The notes under the pieces were generated by a model. It did no database searches. It was not told the origin of the DNA and saw only the letters and a list, made by a program, of their open reading frames with translations. From NCBI GenBank assembly GCA_023247055.1, contig JAHFHF010000013.1, positions 1 to 56,567 of the forward strand: a stretch of DNA of 56,567 nucleotides. The letters are read 5' to 3'. The position numbers were made by a program, and so were the translations under genes. Below are positions 16,364 through 24,718 of the stretch, in pieces. The stretch's first letter is position 1, and each line of letters begins with the position of its first letter. This DNA is from Candidatus Omnitrophota bacterium (GTDB taxonomy: Bacteria > Omnitrophota > Omnitrophia > Omnitrophales > Aquincolibacteriaceae).

Positions 16364-17659
16364 TCAAACGCGGATCTGTCCCTTGCCTTCGACAATGTAT
16401 TTATACGAGGTCAGGCCCTCAAGGCCCATGGGCCCCCGGGCATGAATTTTGTCGGTTGAAATCCCGATCTCCGCTCCAAAACCGTATTCAAAGCCGTCGG
16501 CAAACCGCGTTGAGGCATTGACCATGACGGATGAAGAATCAACTTCGTCCTTAAACGTCTGTGCGGCCCGTTTGTCTTCCGTCACAATCGCATCGGTGTG
16601 GGCGGAACCATAGGTCTGGATGTGGTCCATGGCCGCCTGCAATCCAGGCACCACTTTAACGGCCAGGATTTTTTCGAGAAACTCATGGCCAAAGTCTTCC
16701 GGTACTGCGCGGCGCACGCCCGGAACGCTCTTTAAATGACGCCAAGCGCTTTTATCCGCGCGGATTTCGCAGCCGGCCTCCTGGAGTTTGCGGCCAATCA
16801 CCGGCAAAAACTTCGCAGCGGCTTTTTCGTGGACCAAAAGAGTTTCCATGGCATTGCAAACACCGGGACGCTGGACTTTGGCATTGAAGACAATCGCTTC
16901 GGCTTTCTTGAAATTAGCTTTGCGGTCGACATAGACGTGGCAGATCCCCTGATAATGCTTGATAACCGGAATACGCGAAAGTTCGACGACTTTGCGAATC
17001 AAGGTTTCGCCGCCGCGAGGAATGACCAAATGGATATCACCGTCGCGCTTGAGTAAAAAATCGACCGCTTCCCGGTCGGTCGTCGAAACCAGGGTCATGG
17101 CGGCCTCAGGCAGTTTTTCTTTTTTCAAAGCCTGTTTTAGGACCTGCATTAAGGCCTGATTCGTATGGAACGATTCACGCCCCCCGCGCAAGATAGCGGC
17201 ATTGCCGCTCTTGAAGCACAGGGCCGCGCATTCCACGGTCACGTTGGGGCGGGATTCGTAGATGATTAAAATAACCCCGATGGGTACGCTGACTTTTGAA
17301 ATTTTAAGGCCGTTGGGTCTTTTCCAGGTTTCTTGGAGCCGGCCCACGGGATCGGCGAGGCCGGCGACCACGCGCACGCCGCCCGCCATGGCTTGGATAC
17401 GCGCAGAGTTCAAGGTGAGCCGGTCCAGCATGGCAGAGTTCAGATTTTCCTTGCGGGCGGCTTCCAGGTCTTGGCGGTTGGCTGTAAGAATGGCCGCCTG
17501 ATTTTTTTCCAGTTCATGCGCTGCGGTTTTAAGAAATTTATTTTTACGCGCAGCCGGCAGTTTGCGAACTTCATTCCAGGCATGCTTCGCGGCGCTTAAA
17601 TCTTCCAGAATTTCTTCCTGCCACACCGGTGTCATCATAAACGTCTCCTTTACCCCCAA
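16364..17659 (-). CDS. proA: Gamma-glutamyl phosphate reductase
   Basis: Aldehyde-dehydrogenase-like ProA sequence (VILIIYESRPNVT, CNAMETLLVH, HTDAIVTED). The start may be the downstream MMTPVW (17638). Confidence 0.85.
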   Translation of the reverse strand: MGVKETFMMTPVWQEEILEDLSAAKHAWNEVRKLPAARKNKFLKTAAHELEKNQAAILTANRQDLEAARKENLNSAMLDRLTLNSARIQAMAGGVRVVAGLADPVGRLQETWKRPNGLKISKVSVPIGVILIIYESRPNVTVECAALCFKSGNAAILRGGRESFHTNQALMQVLKQALKKEKLPEAAMTLVSTTDREAVDFLLKRDGDIHLVIPRGGETLIRKVVELSRIPVIKHYQGICHVYVDRKANFKKAEAIVFNAKVQRPGVCNAMETLLVHEKAAAKFLPVIGRKLQEAGCEIRADKSAWRHLKSVPGVRRAVPEDFGHEFLEKILAVKVVPGLQAAMDHIQTYGSAHTDAIVTEDKRAAQTFKDEVDSSSVMVNASTRFADGFEYGFGAEIGISTDKIHARGPMGLEGLTSYKYIVEGKGQIRV

Positions 17660-18768
17660 ACCACAAGATCATTGCGGTGCACGACGGCATTCGGTGCATC
17701 CGCGCCCAGCAGGGTTTCGATCTGCTTCGTATTCTTGCCCATGACCTGTTTCAGTTCTTGGTGAGAAAAACCCACCACGCCGCGGCCAAAAATGACCCCC
17801 TCTTCAGTTGCCAGTTCCACGACCGAACCCCGGGCGAATTCGCCCCTCAGACTGCGGACTCCGGAGGCCAGCAGGCTGCGCTGTTCGCCCTGTACCGCCT
17901 GATAAGCGCCTGAGTCGACGACGACGGTGCCCTGACGCCGGGCGGAAAAAGCAATCCATTTTTTGCGGGCGTTGCGCCGGCTGCGCACCGGAGCAAAAAG
18001 CGTCCCTACATCGTCATGGTTCATAACCTTTTCGAGAATACCGGGAGTGCTGCCATCAACAATCAGCATCGGGACGCCCAGACGCATCGCGGTTTTTGCC
18101 GCTTCCAGTTTCGCGCGCATGCCGCCCACATTCTTGGCCTTGCGCCGGTCGCGCAAATGTTTAACCAGTTCCTGCTCAATTTCATGAACCGAAGCCACGC
18201 TGCGGACCCGCGATCCGTCCTGCAGGTAAAAGCCATCGACATCCGACAAAAGAATCACCAGGTCGGCATGCACCAGGTGCGCCACCTGAACGGACAAAAC
18301 ATCATTATCCCCAAAACGGATTTCTTCGGTAGCGACCGTGTCATTCTCGTTCACCACCGGCAGCATTTTCATTTTGATCAGTTCGTGAAAGGTCTGACGC
18401 GCTTTCAAAAAACGATCGCGGTTTTCAAAGCCGTCGCGGGTCAAAAGAATCTGGGCCGTGTGAATGTCTTTGCGTGAAAAAAAATGCTCGTAATCATGAA
18501 TCAATTTGCCCTGTCCGATCGCGGCACAGGCTTGCAGCTGGGCCATCTCCCGGGGCCGTTTGGATAAATTCAGGACTTCCATGCCGCGCGCAATAGCACC
18601 GGAACTGACCAGAATGACTTCTTTGCGGCGGCTGCGCAGCGAAAGAATCTCTTCGCCAAGCCGCTCCAGCCGCTCGAACGAAAAATTTCCGTCCGCCGAG
18701 GTCAGCGTGGTGGTGCCGGCTTTGACCACGATACGCCGGCATGGGTTGAAATCACGGTTTTGCATCAA
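17650..18768 (-). CDS. proB: Glutamate 5-kinase with PUA domain
   Basis: RIVVKAGTTTLT, ILVSSGAIARG and FGDNDVLS motifs, with a C-terminal PUA-like region. Confidence 0.85.
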   Translation of the reverse strand: MMQNRDFNPCRRIVVKAGTTTLTSADGNFSFERLERLGEEILSLRSRRKEVILVSSGAIARGMEVLNLSKRPREMAQLQACAAIGQGKLIHDYEHFFSRKDIHTAQILLTRDGFENRDRFLKARQTFHELIKMKMLPVVNENDTVATEEIRFGDNDVLSVQVAHLVHADLVILLSDVDGFYLQDGSRVRSVASVHEIEQELVKHLRDRRKAKNVGGMRAKLEAAKTAMRLGVPMLIVDGSTPGILEKVMNHDDVGTLFAPVRSRRNARKKWIAFSARRQGTVVVDSGAYQAVQGEQRSLLASGVRSLRGEFARGSVVELATEEGVIFGRGVVGFSHQELKQVMGKNTKQIETLLGADAPNAVVHRNDLVVWG

Positions 18769-18769
18769 T

Positions 18770-19741
18770 TTAACGGGTCTTATGGGTTGATTGATAAAAA
18801 TCTTTGAGAAATGTTTCCAGCGCCCCGAGGCCTTCGCCGCTTTGGGCTGAAATTAAAAACAGCGGCACCCCCGGATCAAATTTTTCGCCGCCGGGTTTTT
18901 GCACGGCTTCGCCAAGGTCCATTTTATTGACAAGCACGGCTTGTGGCAACTGTTCCAGCGTGGGCACGGCCGCCGCCAGTTCTTCCTGAAGGATCTGCCA
19001 GCCCTCGGCCAGTGACGGAGCAAATAAGGAAACCGGATCCAGCATGAACAAAACCAGTTTGGCGGATTCCACGTGCCGCAGAAAATGATTCCCCAAGCCT
19101 TTGCCTTCGGACGAACCGCGCGCCACCGACGGCATTTCACAAAGCTTCAGGGATTCATAATCCGAGATTTTATAAACGCCAAAGCGCGGATCGCGGGTTG
19201 AAAACGGATAAATTTCAGCCGGAATGCGTGAACGCGTCAAACGGTTCATCAAGGTGGATTTGCCCGAATTCGGCAGGCCGGCCAGAAAAACGTCGGCCAA
19301 AATCCGCATACTGATCTCAAGGTCGATCTGGGCGCCTTTTTGCCCCGAGGTCGACTCTTTACCGACGCTATTGCCCTTGCCGCCGCGGCCGCCTTCAAGA
19401 AGGACAAACTCTTCACCCTTATGCATGGTTTCCCGGATCACCAGCGCGCGTCCGCGATCATAAAGCCGCGTGCCTTCCGGAACAAGCAGAACCAGGTCTA
19501 AACCATTCCGGCCGCGTTTATGATTCGGACCGCCGTTAGCGCCGTTTTCGGCGATCCAGTGCTGCTTAAACTGATACTCTTCTAAGGGCGGCGCATTTTC
19601 GGAAACGCGCACCACCACGCGCGCGCCGTTGCCGCCGTCGCCGCCGGAGGGGACAAATTTTTTGTCGGAACGGTTGTCGAAACTCGTCGTGCCGTTGCCG
19701 CCGTCGCCCGCCTGCACTAATACATGGACCCGGTCAATCAT
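18770..19741 (-). CDS. obg: GTPase Obg/CgtA (short form without C-terminal extension)
   Basis: Glycine-rich Obg fold (AGDGGNG, GGDGGNG, GGRGGKG) followed by the G domain AGLPNSGKSTL ... NKMD. Confidence 0.85.
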   Translation of the reverse strand: MIDRVHVLVQAGDGGNGTTSFDNRSDKKFVPSGGDGGNGARVVVRVSENAPPLEEYQFKQHWIAENGANGGPNHKRGRNGLDLVLLVPEGTRLYDRGRALVIRETMHKGEEFVLLEGGRGGKGNSVGKESTSGQKGAQIDLEISMRILADVFLAGLPNSGKSTLMNRLTRSRIPAEIYPFSTRDPRFGVYKISDYESLKLCEMPSVARGSSEGKGLGNHFLRHVESAKLVLFMLDPVSLFAPSLAEGWQILQEELAAAVPTLEQLPQAVLVNKMDLGEAVQKPGGEKFDPGVPLFLISAQSGEGLGALETFLKDFYQSTHKTR

Positions 19742-19784
19742 AAGTTGTTCTTTCGAGCGGCTGAAAACATCGACGCCCTATTTG

Positions 19785-19815
19785 AATAAAAAAGGCTTGG
19801 TCATTAGACCAAGCC
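19785..19815 (-). terminator. Rho-independent terminator after rpmA
   Basis: Minus strand: GGCTTGGTC-taat-GACCAAGCC followed by TTTTTTATT. Stem at 19794-19802 / 19807-19815. Confidence 0.7.
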
Positions 19816-19857
19816 TTTTGTGTTTTTGCCGCACCCAATAACCAGCCTGGAAAAGGC

Positions 19858-20115
19858 TTAAGATGCGGACGTATCAGACGGAATAATGTGAACCGTACGG
19901 TTTGTGCGAAACTCCACCACGCCGTGCCTCAGCGCATAAAGCGTAAAATCATTGCCCTGACCGACGAAATGGCCGGGACGAAAGCGGGAGCCGCGCTGAC
20001 GGACGATAATGCTGCCGGCAGTGACTTTCTGACCGCCGTAAGCCTTGACCCCTAGACGCTGGGAGTTGGAATCGCGTCCGTTAAGTGTACTGCCCTGTGC
20101 TTTGGTATGTGCCAT
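19858..20115 (-). CDS. rpmA: 50S ribosomal protein L27
   Basis: [29 protein letters not shown]...[13 protein letters not shown]. Confidence 0.95.
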   Translation of the reverse strand: MAHTKAQGSTLNGRDSNSQRLGVKAYGGQKVTAGSIIVRQRGSRFRPGHFVGQGNDFTLYALRHGVVEFRTNRTVHIIPSDTSAS

Positions 20116-20130
20116 GGTCTATTCTCCTGT

Positions 20131-20454
20131 TTAAGCCAGCGCGATTTCTTTGACTTCCAGCTTGAGATAATTCTGCCGGTGACCGCGCTTGGTCCTTGAA
20201 TTTTTACGGCGGCGAAAACGATAGGAAATTGTTTTTTTGCCGCGCACTTCCCCTAGAAAATCACAGACAACTTTGGCGCCGCGCACAAACGGAGTGCCGA
20301 CTTCCATGCGTTCGCCCTGCCGGCAAAAAAGCACGTTTTCTAAAACAATTTGCTTGGCATTCTCCGGAACATCCTGGAGTTCGATTTCAATGACACTTTT
20401 GGGTTCAATCCAATACTGCTTTGAACCGGCTTCAATGATGGCGTAATTCGACAT
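20131..20454 (-). CDS. rplU: 50S ribosomal protein L21
   Basis: ORF 20131-20547 trimmed to MSNYAIIEAGSKQYWIEPKSVIEIE, which is preceded by a GGGAG Shine-Dalgarno sequence. Confidence 0.9.
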   Translation of the reverse strand: MSNYAIIEAGSKQYWIEPKSVIEIELQDVPENAKQIVLENVLFCRQGERMEVGTPFVRGAKVVCDFLGEVRGKKTISYRFRRRKNSRTKRGHRQNYLKLEVKEIALA

Positions 20455-20484
20455 AAGGAACTCCCTAATTGTGAAAAGGAGGGT

Positions 20485-20513
20485 ATGATAAAGAAGGCGG
20501 ACGCTCGTGTCAA
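20485..20513 (-). promoter_or_regulatory. Sigma70-type promoter of rplU-rpmA (TTGACA-17 nt-TATCAT)
   Basis: Minus strand: -35 at 20513-20508 and -10 at 20490-20485. A 9-bp hairpin (20528-20556) lies just upstream, right after the preceding gene's stop. Confidence 0.55.
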
Positions 20514-20562
20514 CACCTATTTTAAGGCCTAACTCACGATTTAACAATGAGTTAGGTTCAGG

Positions 20563-21390
20563 CTAAGCCAGCCGGATATGCTGCAGGACGGGAAACCTGC
20601 GCCGCAGGCGGTCCTGAATGCCCCAGTCCAAATCAGCCCAAACGACTTCTTCCCGGCTCAAACTCCCCCGTGCCAGCACTTGACCCCAGGGGTCCACAAT
20701 CAGGCTATTCCCATAACTTGCGACTCCCGTCACCGGATGGGTTCCGGTCTGCGCCGGGGCAATCATAAAAACCTGATTCTCAATCGCACGCGCACGGATC
20801 AGCGTCTCCCAATGGGCCTGCCCCGTTTCACGGGTGAAATTAGCCGGCAAAAAAATCATGCGGCTTCCGGCATGCATGAGCTGCCGGAAAAGTTCGGGAA
20901 AACGCAGGTCATAACAAACCGCAAATCCGGCCCGCCGTCCGCGGATCAAAGCCGTCACGGCCGTTTTTCCGGCGCAGCAAGTCTCCGACTCACAGATGGA
21001 AACGCCCTGCGGCAAGGTCACATCAAAAAGATGAATTTTGCGGTAGCGGGTCTGAATTTTGCCCGAAGAAGCTATCAAGACCGAGGTATTGTAGAAGCGC
21101 CGTTTGTCCCGGGATGGTTCGATGATGCTGCCGAGAAGAAAAGCCGTGCGGCTTTTGCGGGCCAGCGCCGAGAAAGCGTCGAGCGCGGCCGGCGTGGCTT
21201 CAGCAGCCAGACGCGCAAGAGCTTGTTTGGGGCCGCGCCAATAAAAATTTTCCGGCAAGGCCACGATATCCGGCCTGTTCTGAAGCGCCCGCTCCGAGAG
21301 GGCCAGACTTTTTTTCAAATTGCGCGCGGCATCGCTTCCCGCGCTCATTTGAACGCAGGCCGCGCGAAAGCATTTAGAACTCTTAGTCAT
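20563..21390 (-). CDS. Carbon-nitrogen hydrolase (nitrilase superfamily)
   Basis: E-K-C triad contexts: IVALPENF, YRKIHLFD, FAVCYDLRFPE. Confidence 0.8.
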   Translation of the reverse strand: MTKSSKCFRAACVQMSAGSDAARNLKKSLALSERALQNRPDIVALPENFYWRGPKQALARLAAEATPAALDAFSALARKSRTAFLLGSIIEPSRDKRRFYNTSVLIASSGKIQTRYRKIHLFDVTLPQGVSICESETCCAGKTAVTALIRGRRAGFAVCYDLRFPELFRQLMHAGSRMIFLPANFTRETGQAHWETLIRARAIENQVFMIAPAQTGTHPVTGVASYGNSLIVDPWGQVLARGSLSREEVVWADLDWGIQDRLRRRFPVLQHIRLA

Positions 21391-22243
21391 GCTTGTGCCA
21401 TTCGGCCAGCGTCCAGTCGAAGGGCAGGTATTTGATTTTATAATTCAGACCTTCGAGAAAATCGATTTTCTCGGCATCCTGAGTGTAATGCCGCACAAAA
21501 GACAACACGGCCATGTCCGGCGGGGTAAATTTCACGTCGAGACTGCCGCCCTGCGTGCCGAAATCCAGAATAAAATCCTCGCCGTACCAGTAAAACAGGC
21601 GCGAAAGAAAAACTTTCTTTTTTTGCGGCACGACTTGGACAAAGCGTTCGTCCTGGACGCGCTGGGTCGTCATCAAGAAAAGCTGGCCTTCCACGCGCGG
21701 AGCCGTAAACGCTTCGCGCGGAAACGGCGGACAGCTTCGCGCGCTGCAGGCCAGCGCCAGATGGATTTTTTCGTCGCGGAAGGCGGCCAGCAATTCACGT
21801 GAACGGATGTCGTTCAGGCTAAAACTGCGGGCTCCGACCTGAAGCGAGGGCGCGGTCCACACTCCAGAGACATCATTAAGACTGTGAAGCGGGTAGTGCT
21901 GCACGACCTGCGAGACAATCACGGCATGGTAGACGTTCAGCCAGAAAGCCAGTTGCTCTTCGCGCCGCCAATCTTTCAACGGCCAGTGCAGGGGGTTGGG
22001 GTCAGTCCGGTCGGCTGCCGCTTGGACTTGGGCCAGGTATTCGTTTAAAAGCGCAGGGTCGGCCTTGACGGCGGCATAGTCCACCTCCCCGGCTTCATTG
22101 ACGTATTTTTTAAGAAACCGGTCCCAGGCGGCATGATTGAACGCAGGTTCCGCAGCCGCGGAAATGCCGACGAAGTCGATGAAGCCGGTGAAACTGCAAA
22201 TTAGAATCCCCGCGGCAAGCAGGGCTTTGGGACGCAGACGCAT
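21383..22243 (-). CDS. DUF547 domain protein with signal peptide
   Basis: EQLAFWLNVYHAVIV...HLALACSARSCPPF is typical of DUF547. Confidence 0.65.
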   Translation of the reverse strand: MRLRPKALLAAGILICSFTGFIDFVGISAAAEPAFNHAAWDRFLKKYVNEAGEVDYAAVKADPALLNEYLAQVQAAADRTDPNPLHWPLKDWRREEQLAFWLNVYHAVIVSQVVQHYPLHSLNDVSGVWTAPSLQVGARSFSLNDIRSRELLAAFRDEKIHLALACSARSCPPFPREAFTAPRVEGQLFLMTTQRVQDERFVQVVPQKKKVFLSRLFYWYGEDFILDFGTQGGSLDVKFTPPDMAVLSFVRHYTQDAEKIDFLEGLNYKIKYLPFDWTLAEWHKHD

Positions 22244-22285
22244 GCGGAAAAATCCTTTGCGACAAGTCCGGTACGGCTTTACGGA

Positions 22286-22582
22286 TTAGTACTGAATGCC
22301 GTGCCGGCGCAAAAAATCCAGGTCAGAAGCGTTCAGCTCCGTGTTGAGATCTTCGTCGTCATCGTCAGAGCCGTCGAGATCGTCGTAAATGGCCTCGAGT
22401 TCATCCAGCTCTTCGGGAGTCATGGGAAAGAAAGAAAAAAAACAAACATTCACGTTAATGCCTTGGGATTTTTGCGAAGAAAAAAGATCGGCTAACGGGC
22501 CATTCTTAAATTGAGATCCGAGAATTTTCCTGAGAAGCTGTAAAAGCTGGGTGAGGTTTTGATCATTACCTTCGGGTTTCAT
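22286..22582 (-). CDS. Small hypothetical protein with a highly acidic C-terminal half
   Basis: 98-aa ORF (ELDELEAIYDDLDGSDDDDEDLNTELNASDLDF). No family recognised. Confidence 0.4.
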   Translation of the reverse strand: MKPEGNDQNLTQLLQLLRKILGSQFKNGPLADLFSSQKSQGINVNVCFFSFFPMTPEELDELEAIYDDLDGSDDDDEDLNTELNASDLDFLRRHGIQY

Positions 22583-22618
22583 GAAGTTCCTCCTTCAAAT
22601 CGCCGCCAGGCGCTGAAA

Positions 22619-23146
22619 TCATGGCGCGTCCTGACTTTGGGTCAAGAGCAAGCGCTCCAGTTCCTGCGGCAAATGGAAGCCATAATAAAGAATTTTTCCG
22701 CCCTTGGCAAGCAGAACCACGGTGGGCAGACTGTCAACGCCGTAGAGTTCTGCGACCCGGCCGTCGCGGTCCATCACCGTGGCATATTCCATGGGAAAAC
22801 GGGTCTGGAGTTTGCGGATTTTTTCAGGCGAGTCTTCGATGCTGACGCCCAGGACTTTGACGCCGCGCGAACGGGTGCGCTTTTGCCATTGATTGATGTC
22901 CCGGATCTCAGCCACACAGGTTGGACACCACGTGGCCCAAAAAATGAGCAGCACGGGATTTTCACGCGAAACTTCCGAAAGAGTCAGTGTTTTTCCGGCC
23001 GGACTTCCGTAGAGTTCCAGGGTAAAGTCCGGGGCTGTTTTCAGCGCCGGCTTTTCAGCGGATGTACAACCGCCGCGGCCTGCAGAAAGCAAAAGGGCCA
23101 GTGCCAAAAAAATAGGAAGGCCTGTCCATCGAAAGCCGCGCATCAA
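22619..23146 (-). CDS. TlpA/ResA-like periplasmic thiol:disulfide oxidoreductase
   Basis: Signal peptide plus a thioredoxin fold with the FWATWCPTCVAE active site. Overlaps trxB by 4 nt. Confidence 0.8.
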   Translation of the reverse strand: MMRGFRWTGLPIFLALALLLSAGRGGCTSAEKPALKTAPDFTLELYGSPAGKTLTLSEVSRENPVLLIFWATWCPTCVAEIRDINQWQKRTRSRGVKVLGVSIEDSPEKIRKLQTRFPMEYATVMDRDGRVAELYGVDSLPTVVLLAKGGKILYYGFHLPQELERLLLTQSQDAP

Positions 23147-24060
23147 TGATCTTCCAAAAAGGCCTGAGCCGCCAGCGCCGCTTCACAGCCCTCCCCGGCG
23201 GCAGCCACAAGCTGCTTGACGGCTCCGGCGCGGATTTCGCCAGCCGCAAACACACCCGGCACCGAGGTTTTCAAAAAAGGGTCAGTGACCACATAGCCTT
23301 TTTCATCGACCGCGACGAAGCCCTTGAGAAAGGCCGTATTGGGATCATGTCCGATAAACACAAAGATACCGTCCGTTTTGAAATTTTCAACCGCGCCTGT
23401 TTTAAGATTTTTCAAGGCCACAGCTTCGACTTTTTTCTCGCCGATGACCTTTTCGACGACCGTATCCCAAATAAATTTGATCTTCTCATGGCTCTTGGCC
23501 CGGTCCTGAAGGATCGGGCTTGCGCGCAATTTGTCACGGCGGTGGATAACCGTCACCTTCGTAGCAAAACGCGTGAGAAACAAGCCTTCCTGCAGCGCGG
23601 AATCGCCGCCACCCACCACGACCACTTCTTTGCCTTTGAAAAAAGCACCGTCGCAGGTTGCGCAGTAAGACACGCCCTTGCCGGTCAGTTCGCGCTCCCC
23701 CGGCACGCCGATCATCCGGAATGAGGCGCCCGTGGCCAAAATAAGGGCGCCGGCTTTGTACGTATTCGACGAAGTCTGGACCGTAAAGCCTTTATCTAGT
23801 TTCGTAAGGGTTTTGACTTCTTCATAGACGACCTGAGTGCCGTATTTTTTTGCCTGTTCTTCCATTTTCATGGAAATTTCAGGGCCGGTAACGCCCTCGG
23901 GAAATCCCGGATAATTTTCAACCACATCGGTCAAAGCAATCTGCCCGCCGGGCGTCAATTTTTCGAAAAGAATCGTATTCAGGTTGGCGCGCGAAGTATA
24001 AAGGGCCGCCGTCAGGCCGGAACCGCCGCCGCCGATGATAATGACATCTGTGTCTGGCAT
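23143..24060 (-). CDS. trxB: Thioredoxin-disulfide reductase
   Basis: IIGGGGSGLTAA (FAD), CATCDG redox centre and VVGGGDSALQEG (NADPH). Confidence 0.9.
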   Translation of the reverse strand: MPDTDVIIIGGGGSGLTAALYTSRANLNTILFEKLTPGGQIALTDVVENYPGFPEGVTGPEISMKMEEQAKKYGTQVVYEEVKTLTKLDKGFTVQTSSNTYKAGALILATGASFRMIGVPGERELTGKGVSYCATCDGAFFKGKEVVVVGGGDSALQEGLFLTRFATKVTVIHRRDKLRASPILQDRAKSHEKIKFIWDTVVEKVIGEKKVEAVALKNLKTGAVENFKTDGIFVFIGHDPNTAFLKGFVAVDEKGYVVTDPFLKTSVPGVFAAGEIRAGAVKQLVAAAGEGCEAALAAQAFLEDH

Positions 24061-24191
24061 ACAAAAACTCCTTAAACGGGTGTAAAAAATTGAAAAAAGA
24101 CCAGGCGAAGAGGATACTCCACGGGGAAAAGCATCTCAAGCGGAAAATTAAAAATCAGGAACTAAGTAAAAGGTCAAAAACTTTATGAGAG

Positions 24192-24281
24192 TTCAACCAG
24201 TCGGAAAGTTCTCCGCCGCGAGTTCCGCAGGACATAGTCCGAGGATTGTTTGAGAGCCGGAGAACTTTCCGGCTGGTTGAA
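24192..24281. repeat. Structured intergenic element, copy B (24-bp outer stem, conserved core, 4-bp inner hairpin)
   Basis: Arms 24192-24215 and 24258-24281 pair with 23 Watson-Crick pairs plus 1 G-U. Core: CCGCGAGTTCCGCAGGAC-ATA-GTCCGAGGATTGTTTGAGAGC. Confidence 0.8.
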
Positions 24282-24313
24282 AGGGACCAAAACTTATGAA
24301 ATCTTACTTTATC

Positions 24314-24718
24314 TTAGATCTGGACGACGCCGGCCTGGCCCATGACCTCTTCGGAAACAAAAACCGGCACGCCCGAGCGCACGGCCAGGGCCGCGCTATC
24401 CGAGGGCCGCGCATCAACCTGCAGACGGCCGCCGCTGTCTTTGACCAGGTTGAGTTTGGCGTAGAAGGTGCTGTTTTCCAGTTTGTCGATGACGACCGAT
24501 TCCAGCTTGACTTTGAGTTGTGACAGGACTTGCAGGATCAAATCATGCGTCAAGGGCCGGGGCGGCGTGACTCCGCTCAGCTTCATTTTGATGGATTGTA
24601 CTTCCGGCAGGCCGATCACGACGGGCAGGTAGCGGGTTCCTTCCTTTTCACGGAAGATAATGATATTTTCGCTGCGCGTTTCATCGATCTTGATCTTGTT
24701 TAAAACCAGTTCGATCAT
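24314..24718 (-). CDS. Bifunctional nuclease (DUF151/BFN domain) protein
   Basis: FREKEGTRYLPVVIGLPEVQSI...PRPLTHDL...ARPSDSAALAVR is the characteristic BFN pattern. Confidence 0.75.
   Translation of the reverse strand: MIELVLNKIKIDETRSENIIIFREKEGTRYLPVVIGLPEVQSIKMKLSGVTPPRPLTHDLILQVLSQLKVKLESVVIDKLENSTFYAKLNLVKDSGGRLQVDARPSDSAALAVRSGVPVFVSEEVMGQAGVVQI

Noticed and set aside
20455-20547. N-terminal extension of rplU (also of ribBA at 38073-38135, the sugar transferase at 40675-40797, the FecR-like gene at 28833-28883 and wzc at 50736-50771)
   Set aside because: Internal Met codons match the conserved protein N-termini, have Shine-Dalgarno sequences or ATGA coupling, and remove overlaps with the upstream genes.
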